From NCBI GenBank assembly GCA_002633005.1, contig NMRA01000235.1:258328-322327 (forward strand): a DNA stretch of 64,000 nucleotides, in the 5' to 3' direction. This stretch comes from Phoronis australis. Its lineage: Eukaryota; Animalia; Phoronida. The position numbers and the translations under genes are program-made. Under the pieces are notes generated by a model. The model saw nothing but the letters and a program-made list of their open reading frames with translations, ran no database searches and was not told the origin of the DNA. Shown here one piece after another: positions 13,930 through 27,287 of the stretch. Positions within the stretch are counted from its first letter, which is position 1. Each line of letters begins with the position of its first letter.

Positions 13930-15250
13930 AATCTGAACTTTATTCATTATTTATTTATTACTGTAATATTTACAATGAGGGTAGCCCCATCAGTTCACAC
14001 TGCTTTCCATGGGGGCCCTCAGTAAAAAAACAAACAGATAGTACGGCAAAAACAGAATTACAAAATGAAACACAAATTTAAGTAATAAGCAAAGAATAAG
14101 AAATTAACATGGAAAGACTGATGAAGCAAAATAAAAAATACAATATGATAAATAAAAGATAAAGAAATTAAGACAAGATAATTAACTAAAAAATAAAAAA
14201 AAATAAATATAAATATAAAAAATTAAAACAGACAATAAATAATTAATAAAAGTAAGACATTATATAAATAACAAATGAATAAACATGCAATTCTTAGACA
14301 CTACATGGAGTTAAATCTATTTCTTATAATTCTTTTAATGATTAGAAAGGATGATGTAGATTTGGCATCTGCAGGGAGAGAGTTCGATAAAAAGGGTCCG
14401 CTGTAGGAAAATGATTTTTTCCCAGTCCCGCTTGTGCGTTTAGGAACATTGAAATCAGATGATGATGAGGACCTAGTATTGTAGCGATTAGTAGTCATCT
14501 TAAACTTAGCACATAAGTAAGATGGGACAAGACTTTTAAAACATTTGTACAAACAACAAGCAGATAGGAATTGATGTCTTGTGTGAATTTTCATTATACC
14601 AGTCTCTTTATGAAGATTTTCGATACTAACATCTCTAACACCAGCTCCCAGAATAATCCGGGCAGCCCTATTTTGGATAACCTGGATGGTTTTCATATCC
14701 TTGCCTGATGCAACACCCCACACCAGGAGGCAATAATCTAGGTGAGGTTGAATGATAGCATTAAAAAGGGTTTTCAGTGTTACTTTGTTTACGAGTTTAC
14801 TGATGCGTTTCAACACACCAATTTTCTTAGACACCTTTTTCGAGATATAATCAACGTGGTGAGAGAATTTAAGATTTTGATCATATATAAGTCCCAGATA
14901 TTTAAAGGAAATGACGTTTTCAATTGGTCTTCCATCCATAGTTAATGACAGGATTTGGTTTCGAAGTCTTTGGGATGTGCCAAATAGAAGAGTTTTAGTT
15001 TTAGAAACATTTAAGGATAGTTTATTGGATACAAGCCAATCTGAAATGATTGTTAAATCAGAGTTGAGATTCGCCTGGATTTCAGATGAGGTTCTGCCTG
15101 CAGACAGTACTGTTGTGTCATCCGCGTAGAGAACAAATTTGAATTATTGAGGGGAGATCATTGACAAAGATGCAAAATAGCAAGGGCCCCAGTATAGACC
15201 TCTGGGGGAACACCCTTTTTAACGGTTTTGAGATCAGAGATATCTTTGAC
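13930..15250 (-). mobile_element. 5'-truncated L2/CR1-group LINE (RT C-terminal half plus 3' tail)
   Basis: Frameshifted GVP.RSILGPLLFCIFVNDLP, then LYADDTT...WLVSNKLSLNVSKTK in frame with ORF 14301-14939 (FKYLG, IQNRAARII); T-rich 3' UTR ending in AATAAAT repeats. Confidence 0.9.
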
Positions 15251-15399
15251 GACACGAACCTCTAAAAATTGTCATTTCGGTGAATTTTAACGTAGGTTCG
15301 GGGGGGTCAGTTGTATATCAATTGTGCGCGGGCGAGCTTTATTAGTTTCGACGTTGACACGAGCTTCATTAACATCCCCTCAGTACTCAGTATCCTCAT

Positions 15400-15595
15400 G
15401 ATAGGGACGCACTACAGGACGCACCATGTAGGGACGCACAGTAGGGACGCACTATAGGAACGCCCCATGTATGGACGCACAATAGGGAGACATTATAGGG
15501 ACGCATTATAGGGCGCACCATGTAGGGACGCTAAATGAGGACGCACTATAGAACGCACCATGTAGAGACGAACAATAGCACATAGGGACACATTG
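15400..15595. repeat. 13-16-bp degenerate minisatellite
   Basis: Core TAGGGACGCAC repeated about 12 times. Confidence 0.85.
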
Positions 15596-17519
15596 TGCAG
15601 TGGACTTATTACATATTTCTGTTGTTAGTCGTCAATGTATACAACATATGGCTAATCACAAGTACTCTGGATTTTAACTCGAGTTTTAATACAATGTCAA
15701 CACCAGCAATATAAAGTCTAACGAGACTAATAATGTGTAAATACGGTGACGTGTGTAGTTAATTATTGTCGTCACGTTTAACGTGTGTCTGTTAGTTTTA
15801 TTGCAACCATCAGACTTGTGAAAGTCCGGCATTTTCATTTTTTACCATTCATTATTGCGGTTGGGCTGTGCACGGCCATGTATTGTAAGAGTTGATCATG
15901 AACAAAGGCACCGCAACACAAAATAGAGGAACGATATAATGGTTTTCGTTTGATCGAAATACAAACGAGCTCACCATCGAGTCACAGGAGTAGGGTTATT
16001 TTGCCGCGATTGCGATAAAGAGCTATATCCCAACAATATCGCGCAATTTTCATGAGTGTGTAAGTGAACGTATTGTGGAAAAAACAGTCGCTTTCTCGAC
16101 CATATTAAACATGAGGTAGATCAGAGTTTCAAGTTTTTGAATACTCTAGTTTGGAAAAATCATTAGCTAAGACTGCTTCAATTGATCATCAAAAAGGCAG
16201 AAACAGCCCTGAAAATCCGTGAGCTGTCAATTCTGACTAACACGTTAGGCTGATTGACAGCCGGTGTTGGTAAAGATTGACAGGTGTTGGTAGAGATCGA
16301 CTAACTTCCTCGAACCACGAGATACATGTAACATAGTGTGGGTATGATGAACAATTCCTTTATCTCTCAGGTCTAACCTTCAATAGCAGGGACAGAGTTG
16401 TCCCGTAAGTTGAGTGAAATCGCCGAAGTGCGTTCGGTTGATGTATCATTTTAAAGGTTTCGACGTCATATAGATGGCGGTGGAGATGGTCAAAATGTAT
16501 ACTTTTATGTAGTTTCATCACGTCTTTTAAAAATGGTGAAATAATCAACGGCTCAGAACACCGCCAACTGGTACTTCTATCGGAAGAACAACACATATTC
16601 CATAGACGTATTAGCCGACACCGGCAGTCGCCAAAGACTTAATAAATGAAGATGTAATATAGTCAAATACGTTATTATTATTTTTCTATCACGTTGTTTT
16701 TAGCTCAAATTTATTACCATTTGTGCACGTTTTCGGGGAGAGAGGGATTTTGAAAAATGTCGGGACTGGATCACTATAGCCTACGCCGCCCATGAAATTT
16801 TCTATGAATCAGCCAGGGATAATTTCAGAAGCGCGCTCGCGTAACTGACGCAAAAATAATTGCTCAATTCGGGCCAATTAACTTAGATCCGATTTGTCTC
16901 AGCGTACAGAACACAAACTGTATTCACATTATTTTACACTTCCTCCATCAGTCATGCTAGTTTGTTTACGTAAAGCGCTATCTGTTGAGAATTCGGTCAG
17001 CCAATCAGAAACGCCGGTGTAAAAAAGTTTCCCCGGAAGAAAGTTAACGGATACCTGCGTGTCCTTTACCTTCTAGCGGCCACGCAGGGAACCAGCAAGG
17101 AATGTGGCTGCCACTGCCATCTTTCGTCATAAATGTGTTGGACGTCATAATCATGTGACAATAAAACGTTTGTTATGATGACCTTCGATGACCCCAATGG
17201 TGTGAAAGAATACTATGCGAAGAAGTTCTTAAATTAATGTTCGAATTGTCTAAAAGTTTTTGTAAGAAAGTATTTAAAATATATTAAAATTTGCGTTCAC
17301 ACTTTATTGAGCTGAGAATCTGTTAATATACTTCATTTAAAACAGCTAATCAAATTTATGCATGCGTATAAATTTCTCTCTTATGACGCTGTGAAGTGTT
17401 ATTCGCCATTTTGGAAGTAGGAAGCTGAGAGTCCCTGTCGTGAAAAACGCTTTGTTGCTTTGTACAGCTTATTATTGCCTTTGGAGCCATTAATTTATAC
17501 AATTCATACAAAACAAAAG

Positions 17520-17691
17520 ATGACTCGATTACTGGTGTTTGTGTTTGTGTGTGTAGCTGTCCTTGAGACAAGTTCTGGATTTAAAATGAAACAACAGAAC
17601 TTTTCCACCGTTTCAACCCAAACTTTGTTGTCAACAGAGAATCGTCGGAGTACCCAAGATAAGCCTACACCATCTCAGACACCTGAACAAG
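17520..17691 (+). CDS. PTTG1IP: PTTG1IP-like exon 1 (signal peptide plus Ser/Thr-rich stalk)
   Basis: ATG at 17520 gives MTRLLVFVFVCVAVLETSSG...PTPSQTPEQ; donor G|gtatat at 17692 (phase 1) joins exon 2 in frame. Confidence 0.8.
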
Positions 17692-19552
17692 GTATATCGA
17701 GCAGTGCTATTAATTATGCCAACATTCCAAAGTCTTTAAGCTGCACATCTGTCCTGTTGTGATGCGGTGCTTGGCTTTTACAAACCTTTTGCAGTTTTGG
17801 CGCAGCAGCTGTGTACGATAGTCGATAGTCTTCATACAGCTAGCTAGCTGGCTGGCTAGGCTTTGACTAGGCAACTTGTAGCCCCTCGGTTGGCTGGTTT
17901 GGGGCAACAATACTTCCCATCGCTTTCTGTACGAAGTTTGTCCCGTATATTTTAAACTGGTCGTAGGCGAAATACGCTCATTGATTGAGAATTTTCACCT
18001 CGTCAAAAATACATTCTACACTTATGACTTAAAAGTAAACAATGACTTAAAAAAGCACTTACTTTCTTTAGTGCCAAGTGGTCCTTTCTACTAAGTCTAC
18101 ACAATGAAGTATAGCTATGACATTTAAGGTAACTTTGGCGAACAATTCCAACTCTACTTGTCGGTCATTGTTAACTTTTTCACCATGCGCGTGATAACCA
18201 CAAAGTATTTCAACTGAGTCGTGTGAGTTAGGCAAAGGCCAGCACGAGACTGAGCGAAGCGCATGACGCTGGCACGTGTCACCTGCAAAATAGCATGGGA
18301 CGGTATCAGATGAAATGTTTAAGATTTGTGTCCCTTGGACTTTTTATTCGTCAACGTGCGTGCTTTCATGTTACTTCCTCAAAATGCCACCCGGTAACCG
18401 CGACAGATTTTCATGTTATGCTGACGAAATTGTATCCAAAGTCATGGTGTGTGTTAATTATATACCTCCATGTTCCTGTATGTATGGCTCATTTGATTTT
18501 ATTTGTTGTATTTTAAAAATGAGTAGGTTTTTGTGGGGATGTACTATCACCTCGTATGCCTGAGGCTTCCACGACATTGTAATTGCCTCTAGGCTTTTAC
18601 TAGACAGTGCCGCTGTCTTGACTGACCGTCGGCGGCTGGATGGTGAAGGTGAATGTACATTTTTTTGGCGCTTTTCGGCGAATTATGCGTCGCACTGTTT
18701 TAAACATCAATGTCATGTTGTTACAACTACCATTTGTGCACAGAACGACGTCTTGGGATGACGACGATGTCAGATTCCTTCCAACTGGGACAAATATTCG
18801 TGTAATCAAACTTTTCTGAACAGTGTTTTGTTCAGTTGCCTAGATCGGCAACTGGCCATTTTTAACACTGGGTGCGCTTGGAGATATGACGTCCTACCCT
18901 CTGGTGTGAGCAGGGACACTGTCTACGCTTTTACTAAGTCTCTAGCCTGCCATAACATTTGCTGACAAGTTTCAAGAACCAAGACAGTCTCAGTAAAGTG
19001 TGATTGGTGTCGACTTAGACTGTGTCACTGTCTGGCTACTAAATACTTAGCTGTAGAGATGGTGATATTCTCATAGGGCCCTGATATGCCGGAAGCCACG
19101 TCGAATTATGCCTCACTGGTAAACCATGAGACACGTTGCTATAAGTACCTTTTGCACATACAAGGACACCTGTTGATGTGTTTAATTCCTTCTAAATCGA
19201 AGAAATTCTCGCGTAATCAAACTTGTTTCGTGCAATCCTTCGTTCAGTTGCTCAAGTTGGCAACTGGCCATTTTTACACTGTAGTTCACGTTTGGCGACC
19301 ATGAAGGTGGACTTGTAACTGTGTCAAATGACACAGTTTTGTCGCAGTGTAACATGTTTTGTGCAATGTCAATAGGTCTGTCCTAAAGTTGAACAACACC
19401 ACATTCATTCTAAGGTATTTACACACAATACAAATGATATGTCAGCCGCATCCCTTTTTCATCGTCTTTTATATATATATATATCTTAAATGTAAAGATC
19501 AATTTCTTCATTTAACACCAAGTGGCTGGTGGAAGTCTTTCCCTTATTAGTC

Positions 19553-19762
19553 AACTCAGGGTGTTGGACATTTTAACAAATTGCTTCATCTTGCAACGTA
19601 ATTTTGTACCTCCATGAAAGAAGTGAGTTCAATCAAGGATGAACTTGTTTGCGTCATTGTGTGAGGTAAACTCAGAGGTGTTGGACATTTTGTTAAATGG
19701 CTTCGTCTTGCAATGTAGTTTTCTACCTCCATGAAAGAGGAGAGCTCAGTCGAGGATGAACA
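19553..19762. repeat. ~116-bp diverged tandem duplication
   Basis: AACTCAG.GGTGTTGGACATTTT...CCTCCATGAAAG...AGGATGAAC occurs twice. Confidence 0.85.
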
Positions 19763-19814
19763 TTGTGTGAGATGGTGGTGACTTTATTGCATGTGTCCCC
19801 TTTGTCTGTTTCAG

Positions 19815-19867
19815 AGTGCGCCCTTTTAAATGGTACAGACTGTGAGCACTGTGTCAAGAACCCAAAG
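19815..19867 (+). CDS. PTTG1IP: PTTG1IP-like exon 2 (start of PSI domain)
   Basis: Acceptor tttcag|; encodes ECALLNGTDCEHCVKNPK; donor |gtgggt, phase 0. Confidence 0.9.
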
Positions 19868-19880
19868 GTGGGTTGTTATT

Positions 19881-20747
19881 TCAATCTCTAGTCATTCAGT
19901 CGCTGGCAATATACTGTTTGTCTTACTAGCTGTTAGAAACAACTCTGGTACACAAGTGAAAATTGCGGTTTAGAAAACTCTGGGAAAATGAGAACACTGT
20001 ACAAATTGGTAATGTACTTGAGCTGGTTGTATCAGCGGGGCACTGTAGAGTCTGCATGACGACAACCAGTCATGCATTAATGGCTTATCAAAGTGTTGAG
20101 ATGTGTAGACTAGGCAATTTGGTCTTCACCAGTCTGTACACATTGGTTCTAGCAAACATGATGGGAACTGGGATGTCTAAAGTGATGTGCTGAACATTGT
20201 TTTCTTCATCAACAAATTTTGTGTATTGCTGTTGGCAAATAACACTTGTTCGTGCNTCTCTAGTCATTCAGTCTCTAGTCATTCAGTCTCTAGTCATTCA
20301 GTCTCTAGTCATTCAGTCTCTAGTCATTCAGTCTCTAGTCATTCAGTCTCTAGTCATTCAGTCTCTAGTCATTCAATCTCTAGTCATTCAGTCGCTGGCA
20401 ATATACTGTTTGTCTTACTAGGTGTTAGAAACAACTCGGGTACACAAGTGAAAATTGCGTTTTAGAAAACTCTGGGAAAATGAGAACACTGTACAAATTG
20501 GTAATGTACTTGAGCTGGTTGTATCAGCGGGGCACTGTAGAGCCTGCATGACGACAACCATTCGTGCATCAATGGCTTATCATAGTATTGAGATGTGTAG
20601 ACTAGGCAATTTGGTCTTCACCAGTCTGTACACATTGGTTCTAGCAAACATGATGGGAACTGGGATGTCTAAAGTGATGTGCTGAACATTGTTTTCTTCA
20701 TCAACAAATTTTGTGTATTGCTGTTGGCAAATAACACTTGTTCTTGC
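19881..20747. repeat. 375-bp duplicated block flanking a 15-bp x9 array and a single N
   Basis: 19881-20255 matches 20373-20747; TCTCTAGTCATTCAG array at 20257-20391. Confidence 0.95.
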
Positions 20748-21199
20748 ATTATTTATAGTTTACTGCTTTTTGTTGCTGTTCAGGTGTTTAACTGTCAAAA
20801 GTACAATTCTTAACCAAAGAGCATTACCACACTTTTGACCTGTTGACTAGTGAGCTGGCAACTCAAGTCATAGGAAATGCTCACACATGCAGTTTTGGAA
20901 TTCAGTTTCACGATTGACCAAACTCGGTAAATTCTAAAGCAATTTTTTGTGTTCTTGATGGTTTCAATTTTCTTGCTGGTGGTAGTGGTAGAGCCCTATC
21001 ATTGGGAAGAGTATTACAGATTACAAGTGCTTAGACTGTAGGACCTTCGTCAATTTTCTTTTTTTGGCCTGCTAAACAGGGTGAAATTCAACTTTTAACT
21101 CTTCAACTTTAACCTTGAAATTTAAAAAAAAATTTAATCTGGCAATTATTTCCATGCTGCATAAGTGAAGTATTACTGTATCTCTTGACCTTATTCCAG

Positions 21200-21314
21200 T
21201 GTCTGTTCTGCAATTCTGACAGTACCTGCAAGGCCTACCCTGTGGGTCATGTTCTGCCCCGCACCGAGGACTGTAAAGGGGGTCTGAGTGAGGCACGCTG
21301 GGGACAGTGCTGGA
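21200..21314 (+). CDS. PTTG1IP: PTTG1IP-like exon 3 (PSI domain)
   Basis: Acceptor ttccag|; CLFCNSDSTCKAYPVGHVLPRTEDCKGGLSEARWGQCW fits the family pattern C.L..ARWG.CW; donor |gtaagt. Confidence 0.95.
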
Positions 21315-22001
21315 GTAAGTCATGGTCAAACAGGAAGGTTGTTGTCAATGAATTATTTATAGCAACTTAAGTGTAAATGACTAGTCACTGCTGTGTATTT
21401 TATATTTTCTATCTAGAAGCCGTGTGTCACACTCTGCCGCAGTACCTTAATTTATACACAGAAGTGATGTAGAATGTTTGTGTTAACGAATATGATGTCA
21501 TTTGGTTTGTCGTGTGAAATTAAAAACACAAATTTTCTCTATTCGAGGAGATGGCTTAAATTGTATTCAGATAAAACCGTGTTTTTAAAAATGACGTACT
21601 ATCTGTCAACTGTCAAGTATCTCATGTCTATAAAGCATGACGCAATCAGGAACACACCATAAATTATTGTATGGGTAACAGCCATGGAATGTCTGTATTG
21701 CGTTTTGCATTGTATCTATTGAATAATAATGCTCTCGCGATGCTGGAGTCGAACTTATCTTGTGCATAACGTTCCTTTTTTAATTTTGTCTACCCCGATG
21801 GTGATATTTTCCCTGGTGATGGCCGTGTATATCACTGTTATTGTGTTATGACCTCCAGTGATGTCATCTCACCTGGTGGCAGGTTTACTGTGTCCAGTGT
21901 TATCTCCCCTGATGGCGTTTACACCATCACATTGTTATATCCCCTGGTAGTGTGAACACTATGAGTGTGGTATGGTCTTAAACTGTATTTTTGCCTTCCA
22001 G

Positions 22002-22113
22002 TCAATTTTGAGGCACTCATCATCTCCATGGGTGTCGTTGGTGGTCTCATCATTCTTGCGTTTGTAGTCTGCATCTGTTGTTGTTGCTGCCGGAGTAAAG
22101 GATCCAGCAAGAA
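22002..22113 (+). CDS. PTTG1IP: PTTG1IP-like exon 4 (transmembrane helix plus Cys cluster)
   Basis: INFEALIISMGVVGGLIILAFVVCICCCCCRSKGSSK; NFEALII is the family hallmark; AG/GT boundaries in phase. Confidence 0.95.
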
Positions 22114-22562
22114 GTAGGTCATTGGGTCATGCTTTGAGGCCCTCGTGTAGTTGAGGGAAAATGTGTTTGGGCATTTGAAAGGGGCATTTTTGAGTGAAGA
22201 GGGAATTTCCCCGCCGTCACAGTTCATGTGGTCAACTATAGTTACACATTATGATTACTTTCTCGTCACGTCACTCATTTTTAGAGCAAAGAAAGTAGTA
22301 AAAATATATTAAGTACTATTTTCATCATTTGTTGCGTAAATCAGGACAAAGGTAGACTTTTCAACATTTTGAGCATCTAAAGATAACCAAACATGGCTCA
22401 GATGGCTCAAAATGTGACACTGCACATCAGTTAGGGAGACTTGGATTGATGTAGTGTGACAATAACAATAATAATAATAACCATAGTAATAATAATGATA
22501 ATGATAATAATGATGGCACTTGTGTGTAAAGGTTTGTTAGAAATAGTGTGGTGGATAATGTC

Positions 22563-22651
22563 AGTGCTGATATAGTGCTGATATAGTGCTGATATAGTGC
22601 TGATATAGTGCTGATATAGTGCTGATATAGTGCTGATATAGTGCTGATATA
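22563..22651. repeat. 11-bp perfect tandem repeat x8
   Basis: Unit AGTGCTGATAT. Confidence 0.95.
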
Positions 22652-22926
22652 CACTATTTTACAATGAGCAACTAAAGGGTTGCTAGTGTTAAATGCTGTC
22701 CACACATGATTGAAGGCGGCCAGGTCTAAATGCTCTTCCATTATACTTGCTTAGTAGGATCTCGTTAATCCCACTCATAAAAGGGTTGTATCCCAGGAAA
22801 ACTGCGGAGAAACTCTGCCAATAGTTTTGGTAAGAACGTCTTTGTTTCTAAATAAAACACTGTCCTGCTTATAAGTTCTTTAGCCACACAGAGTGCTCTG
22901 TTATTTTTTGAGTGTTGGTGTTTCAG

Positions 22927-22992
22927 ATACGAGCGTCAAGAGGCAAAATTGGAAAGACAGAGAGAAGAAAGAGCGATCAAAGCAACCGAAAG
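22927..22992 (+). CDS. PTTG1IP: PTTG1IP-like exon 5 (charged cytoplasmic helix)
   Basis: Acceptor tttcag|; KYERQEAKLERQREERAIKATER; donor |gtagac; phase 2-2. Confidence 0.9.
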
Positions 22993-23774
22993 GTAGACAC
23001 TATCCTTGACATATGCACACATGCATACAGATGCACGTACGCACAGACACATCCACCTAAACCAGTGTAATACATACAGCTAATAAGGATGTCTGCCGGG
23101 TGACTTTTGTTTGAGTTCTAGCAATTCACAGGAATATTTTTAGCAACTGGAGTGTGCTTTTACATTTTATGATGGAAACTTGTTTTTTTTTTGTTATGGC
23201 AACATGACGCGAACAGTACAAAGCAAGTACAAACTCTAAATTGTACTCCTTTTTCTTTATTTGTACACGGCCATCGACCTAAAGTACAACAAACAAGCAA
23301 ATAAGATCATTGGAGTGCTATGATACTTTCAGGGTTCATTTTTATTGTATGTATCACCAAGAGGTCGGGTAAAACTGACTCCGCACAAACACTAAATTGT
23401 TGCTTGGTAAATTCTCCAGGTAAGACAGGAACTCCTCTGAGTCAATATGTACTTGATCAATTATAGACAATGTCGACATGAAATGTTGTGCTTTCATTCT
23501 ATAGATGCCAGATTACAGTGTAGAAAGTGTGCGCCAATATGTGTGGTGTTTGTAAATGGTTGACAAATACATGATTTGGACAGTTTGTTTTTTATTAGTT
23601 CCCTTTTTTATAGCGGTTTCTGTTTGATCAGATTGTTTCACTGGCAATGGTGACAGCGGCAAATTTGATGTTGGCATATAGAGGTCAGCACTTGTATTCA
23701 CTAATCTGTGTAGTCGGTACAGATTTTTGAAGCGTTGTGTCTGTTACATATTGTTTTGTTAATGTACTTTGTAG

Positions 23775-23821
23775 GAGGCAAGCCAGGCAGGCTAGAAATG
23801 ATGAAATTAGACAGAAATACG
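23775..23821 (+). CDS. PTTG1IP: PTTG1IP-like exon 6
   Basis: Acceptor ttgtag|; RQARQARNDEIRQKYG resembles vertebrate RHDEIRKKYG; donor |gtaaga. Confidence 0.93.
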
Positions 23822-25841
23822 GTAAGACTGTATCTGTACTTTGTACTGAGAGGAATTGGAGACTGTGTATTTTTGATTTTGGACTTAAAAATATACCCAC
23901 TTGCTTACTAGACACTCTGGTTATAGTTTCCTCGACAAAAAGTGACAAAAGTGGAGTCTGAATGTTCTATCATTCTATCAAGTGAATAACTCCTCTCACC
24001 ATTTTGTTCGCAATATGCAGCCAAAGTACCCCGACTGCGCCCATTTACACAAGTTTGATTGCTGGTTCACTGGCACCCCCTGGTGAATTGTGATCTACAG
24101 TGGAATAACTTGACATTTGACTTGAGTGTATTTACAAAAAATTGCTTTGCGCGGTGGCGGTACCATAGCCAATGAGGTTTATTCCAGGCGTGGTTATTGC
24201 GAGTTGTAAACTTTACCCAAAAATAACTTGAAAAAATGTTGTGTGATGTAATGGCCAAGTACCTTGGTATAAAGCAGTGGTGATTGTTATGTTTACCTGT
24301 GTATGATGCTCGTTAACCTCCTGTTTACAAAGGTATTGAGATCCGAGGTGGAATAGGTGAGATATGTGTAGTGGAGCCTCTTGGTTGACAGACAGTGGGT
24401 TTGATGTTTCTTTTCATGCGCCCACATGCACACATGTGGTTGCATACTGCTGCCATCTCTTTGTACACCTGTCTGGTGCCTGCCCCCCTAGCGCTCCCTT
24501 TTGGCAGTTTTAGGATTTCTGTGTCTTACTTTTGTGAAAGCCAATAATCTTGCAAACCGCTTGAAGGACCATCTGGTGATGTGTCTCTGTTGTAGGACCA
24601 TCACTGTCCTTGATTCGATGATGGGGTTGGGACAGCTGCTCTTAATGACACCTTTAGTTTGCCTAGCATTTGCTTAAATGTTGTCATCCGAAGAGTGGAA
24701 TATTATGAAAAATATAAGCTTGTCTCATACTTTGGGAGTGTGTTTTCAAAGATTTCATGGACCCAAAAAATTCAAATGAACCCCAAAAATATTGGAAGGT
24801 GGGTCCATTGGACCCCAGGTTTTAGAAGAGTAGAGCAAACATTGTGCGCATGTTGTGGACTACCTCCAGGTGGCGCTTGTTGCTTGACACTCCTCCCTCT
24901 GTCTGCCAAACTTGTTCAAGGAGCATCTTGAGTGGCATTAGGCTAAAGACGGTTGACGTTTATTGTGAGTTAGGTCCACCTACTGTTGCGCCCCCTACAG
25001 GCTATTCTGACTCTGCACTTATATTCCTGCCTCTTAGATAAAGCTATATGGAGTTTGACAGTCATATTTCTATCAGTTTTAGGAACAGTACAGCGAGTGT
25101 CTATTTTAGGTTGGATGTGATTAATATTGATCTTCCTGGAAGTATTTTATTTTTGCTTCACCGTTTCAGTTTTTTTAAGCTGTATAGGAGCTTTGCGGTG
25201 CTTAACTTGTATGTCAACTTTATACTGTGTTTAAAACAGCCAATACCAGTCGGCGTCCCTTACGACAATTTCATTTTTTTGGAACTCTACTTCTTGCCAA
25301 GTCCCTCTAGATTAAACTTCCTATGCCACTTTTTGACATCCATCTTGTTGTATCCAACCGTCTTGGTGTAAATGACTAGATTAGACTTGTCACATGTTGG
25401 TTAACAATCTCTGTGTGCCCACCAGTTCTGTTCTCACCAGCCAGTTTTACTGGTGGTCTCCAATAGGAATGTTTGAAATAATGAATACTCCCTGTAGCTG
25501 TTGGTGATGTATATTGGGAGCCTTTCAACTCTGTGTATTGCTCCTGTTTATCTTGGTGTGGTGAATGTCAGGGGGGGGTAATCTAGCCCTTTTGTGTATT
25601 GCTTCTGTTTATCTTGGTGTCGTGAATGTCAGGGGAGGTAATCTAGCCCTTATGCTGATCCGTGAACACTTCCATTACGAGGAGAGCTCTCACCGTTCTC
25701 TGCAGGCACATACCACACTCCCAAGAACCTTTACCATGCACCGGAGGAACTCCTAACAATCCTTACCACGCATCGTAGGAAACTTTAAGAACCCTTACTG
25801 CAAGAATTCCAAGAATCCTTAACACGGAACCAGAACTCCTC

Positions 25842-26188
25842 ACTACACCCACTTACAAGCACACATGCCATGCACCAGATTTACCCACCACACCCACAGA
25901 CAAGCACACATCCCATGCACCAGAACTACCCACAACACCCACAGACAAGCACACATGCCATGCATCAGAACTACCCACTACACTCACAGACAAGCACACA
26001 TGCCATGCATCAGAACTACCCACTACACCCACTTACAAGCACACATGTCATGTATCAGAACTACCCACTACACCCACTTACAAGCACACATGTCGTCCAC
26101 CAGAACTACCCACCACACCCACAGACAAGCACACATGCCATGCACCAGAACTAACTACACCCATGGACAGGTATACATGCCATGCACC
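25842..26188. repeat. 45-bp minisatellite x~7.5
   Basis: Unit CACCCACAGACAAGCACACATGCCATGCACCAGAACTACCCACTA. Confidence 0.95.
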
Positions 26189-26329
26189 AATTTTCAATGC
26201 AAATGATGAAAGTGTGCGGTGAGTTCTTTTGAGAGAGGTGAGAGTTGCTCTTTCATAAGGGTTTGATTACCTTCCTTGAAGGTGTTGTTCATGTGTGACC
26301 TCTTCTGCAAGTTTACTGGTATTTTGCAT

Positions 26330-26475
26330 GTATTTCATATAACAATACCTGTACAGGTATTTAATATCACAATACCTGTACAGGTATTTTGTAACACAAT
26401 ACCTGTATGTGTGTTTCATATTACAATACCAGTGCAGGTAGTACATATCACAATACTTGTACAGGGTTCATATCA
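26330..26475. repeat. 27-bp minisatellite x~5
   Basis: Unit GTATTTCATATCACAATACCTGTACAG, degenerate. Confidence 0.85.
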
Positions 26476-26905
26476 CATGACATGTGTGTACTGACTGTTG
26501 CACCGTGCTCATTGGCATTGCATGGTCACATTGTCTCCAGTTTGAGAAAATGAGATTTAAATTGGATTTCAATCATAATGCAGTTATGTCTTAATTCCAC
26601 TTAAGTGTAGACAGTGAAGCTATTCTAGACATATTCTTGTATTCACATGGTAGTACGTGAAGCTATTGGGGACATATTCTTGTATCCATGTTTTGAGCTG
26701 CTATAAAACTCCCTTTGCATCAAAGAAACTGAGTTTTAATTTTGACATCTAATTGCTGTAACATGGGTCTCACGTTGTTCTTTACGCTGATGGGTTGTGA
26801 TTTGTTGGCTTAGAAAGAACCGACTGTTAATACTACGGACTCAGCTCAGTGCTTTAAATGACCTGCCATGGGAAGTGAATGTGGTGACCTTGACCTTGAA
26901 CATTA

Positions 26906-27031
26906 GACCACATCCACGGCCGTTAAGTTAACAAGTTGAGACCACATCCATGACCGTTAAGTCAACAAGTTGAGACCACATCCATGACTGTTAAGTCAAC
27001 AAGTTGAGACTACATCCATGACCGTTGAGTC
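26906..27031. repeat. 34-bp minisatellite x~3.7
   Basis: Unit GACCACATCCATGACCGTTAAGTCAACAAGTTGA. Confidence 0.9.
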
Positions 27032-27243
27032 CTCTAAATAGTAGGCACAGCAGCTTTATGTAGTACAGTGTACTTGTAGCCTCAGAATGGCTGGCTCCTG
27101 ACATTAAAATGATAACTGACGCTTCTTTTAATTATGGTTATTACAGCATGCAGACTGCTGTTGCTGACAATAACTCCAAGACTAACACGTGGAGACCGGC
27201 AATCACATTATGTAAATCTTTTTTAATTGTTCTGTACTTTCAG

Positions 27244-27287
27244 GTTTGGTCAAGGAAGACAACCCCTATCAAAGATTCGATGCGTAA
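27244..27287 (+). CDS. PTTG1IP: PTTG1IP-like exon 7 (C-terminus with YxxF motif and stop)
   Basis: Acceptor tttcag|; GLVKEDNPYQRFDA* resembles vertebrate GLFKEENPYARFENN; total spliced CDS 609 nt = 202 aa. Confidence 0.93.

Noticed and set aside
17074-17410. Divergent gene starts in good ATG context near 17120 and 17409 on -
   Set aside because: Both frames stop within ~17 codons; more likely YY1-type promoter motifs. A divergent non-coding exon cannot be excluded.
25865-26206. His/Thr-rich repeat protein ORFs
   Set aside because: Intronic 45-bp minisatellite open in several frames. The same holds for ORFs at 20187-20465, 30971-31347, 31973-32257 and 44369-44840.
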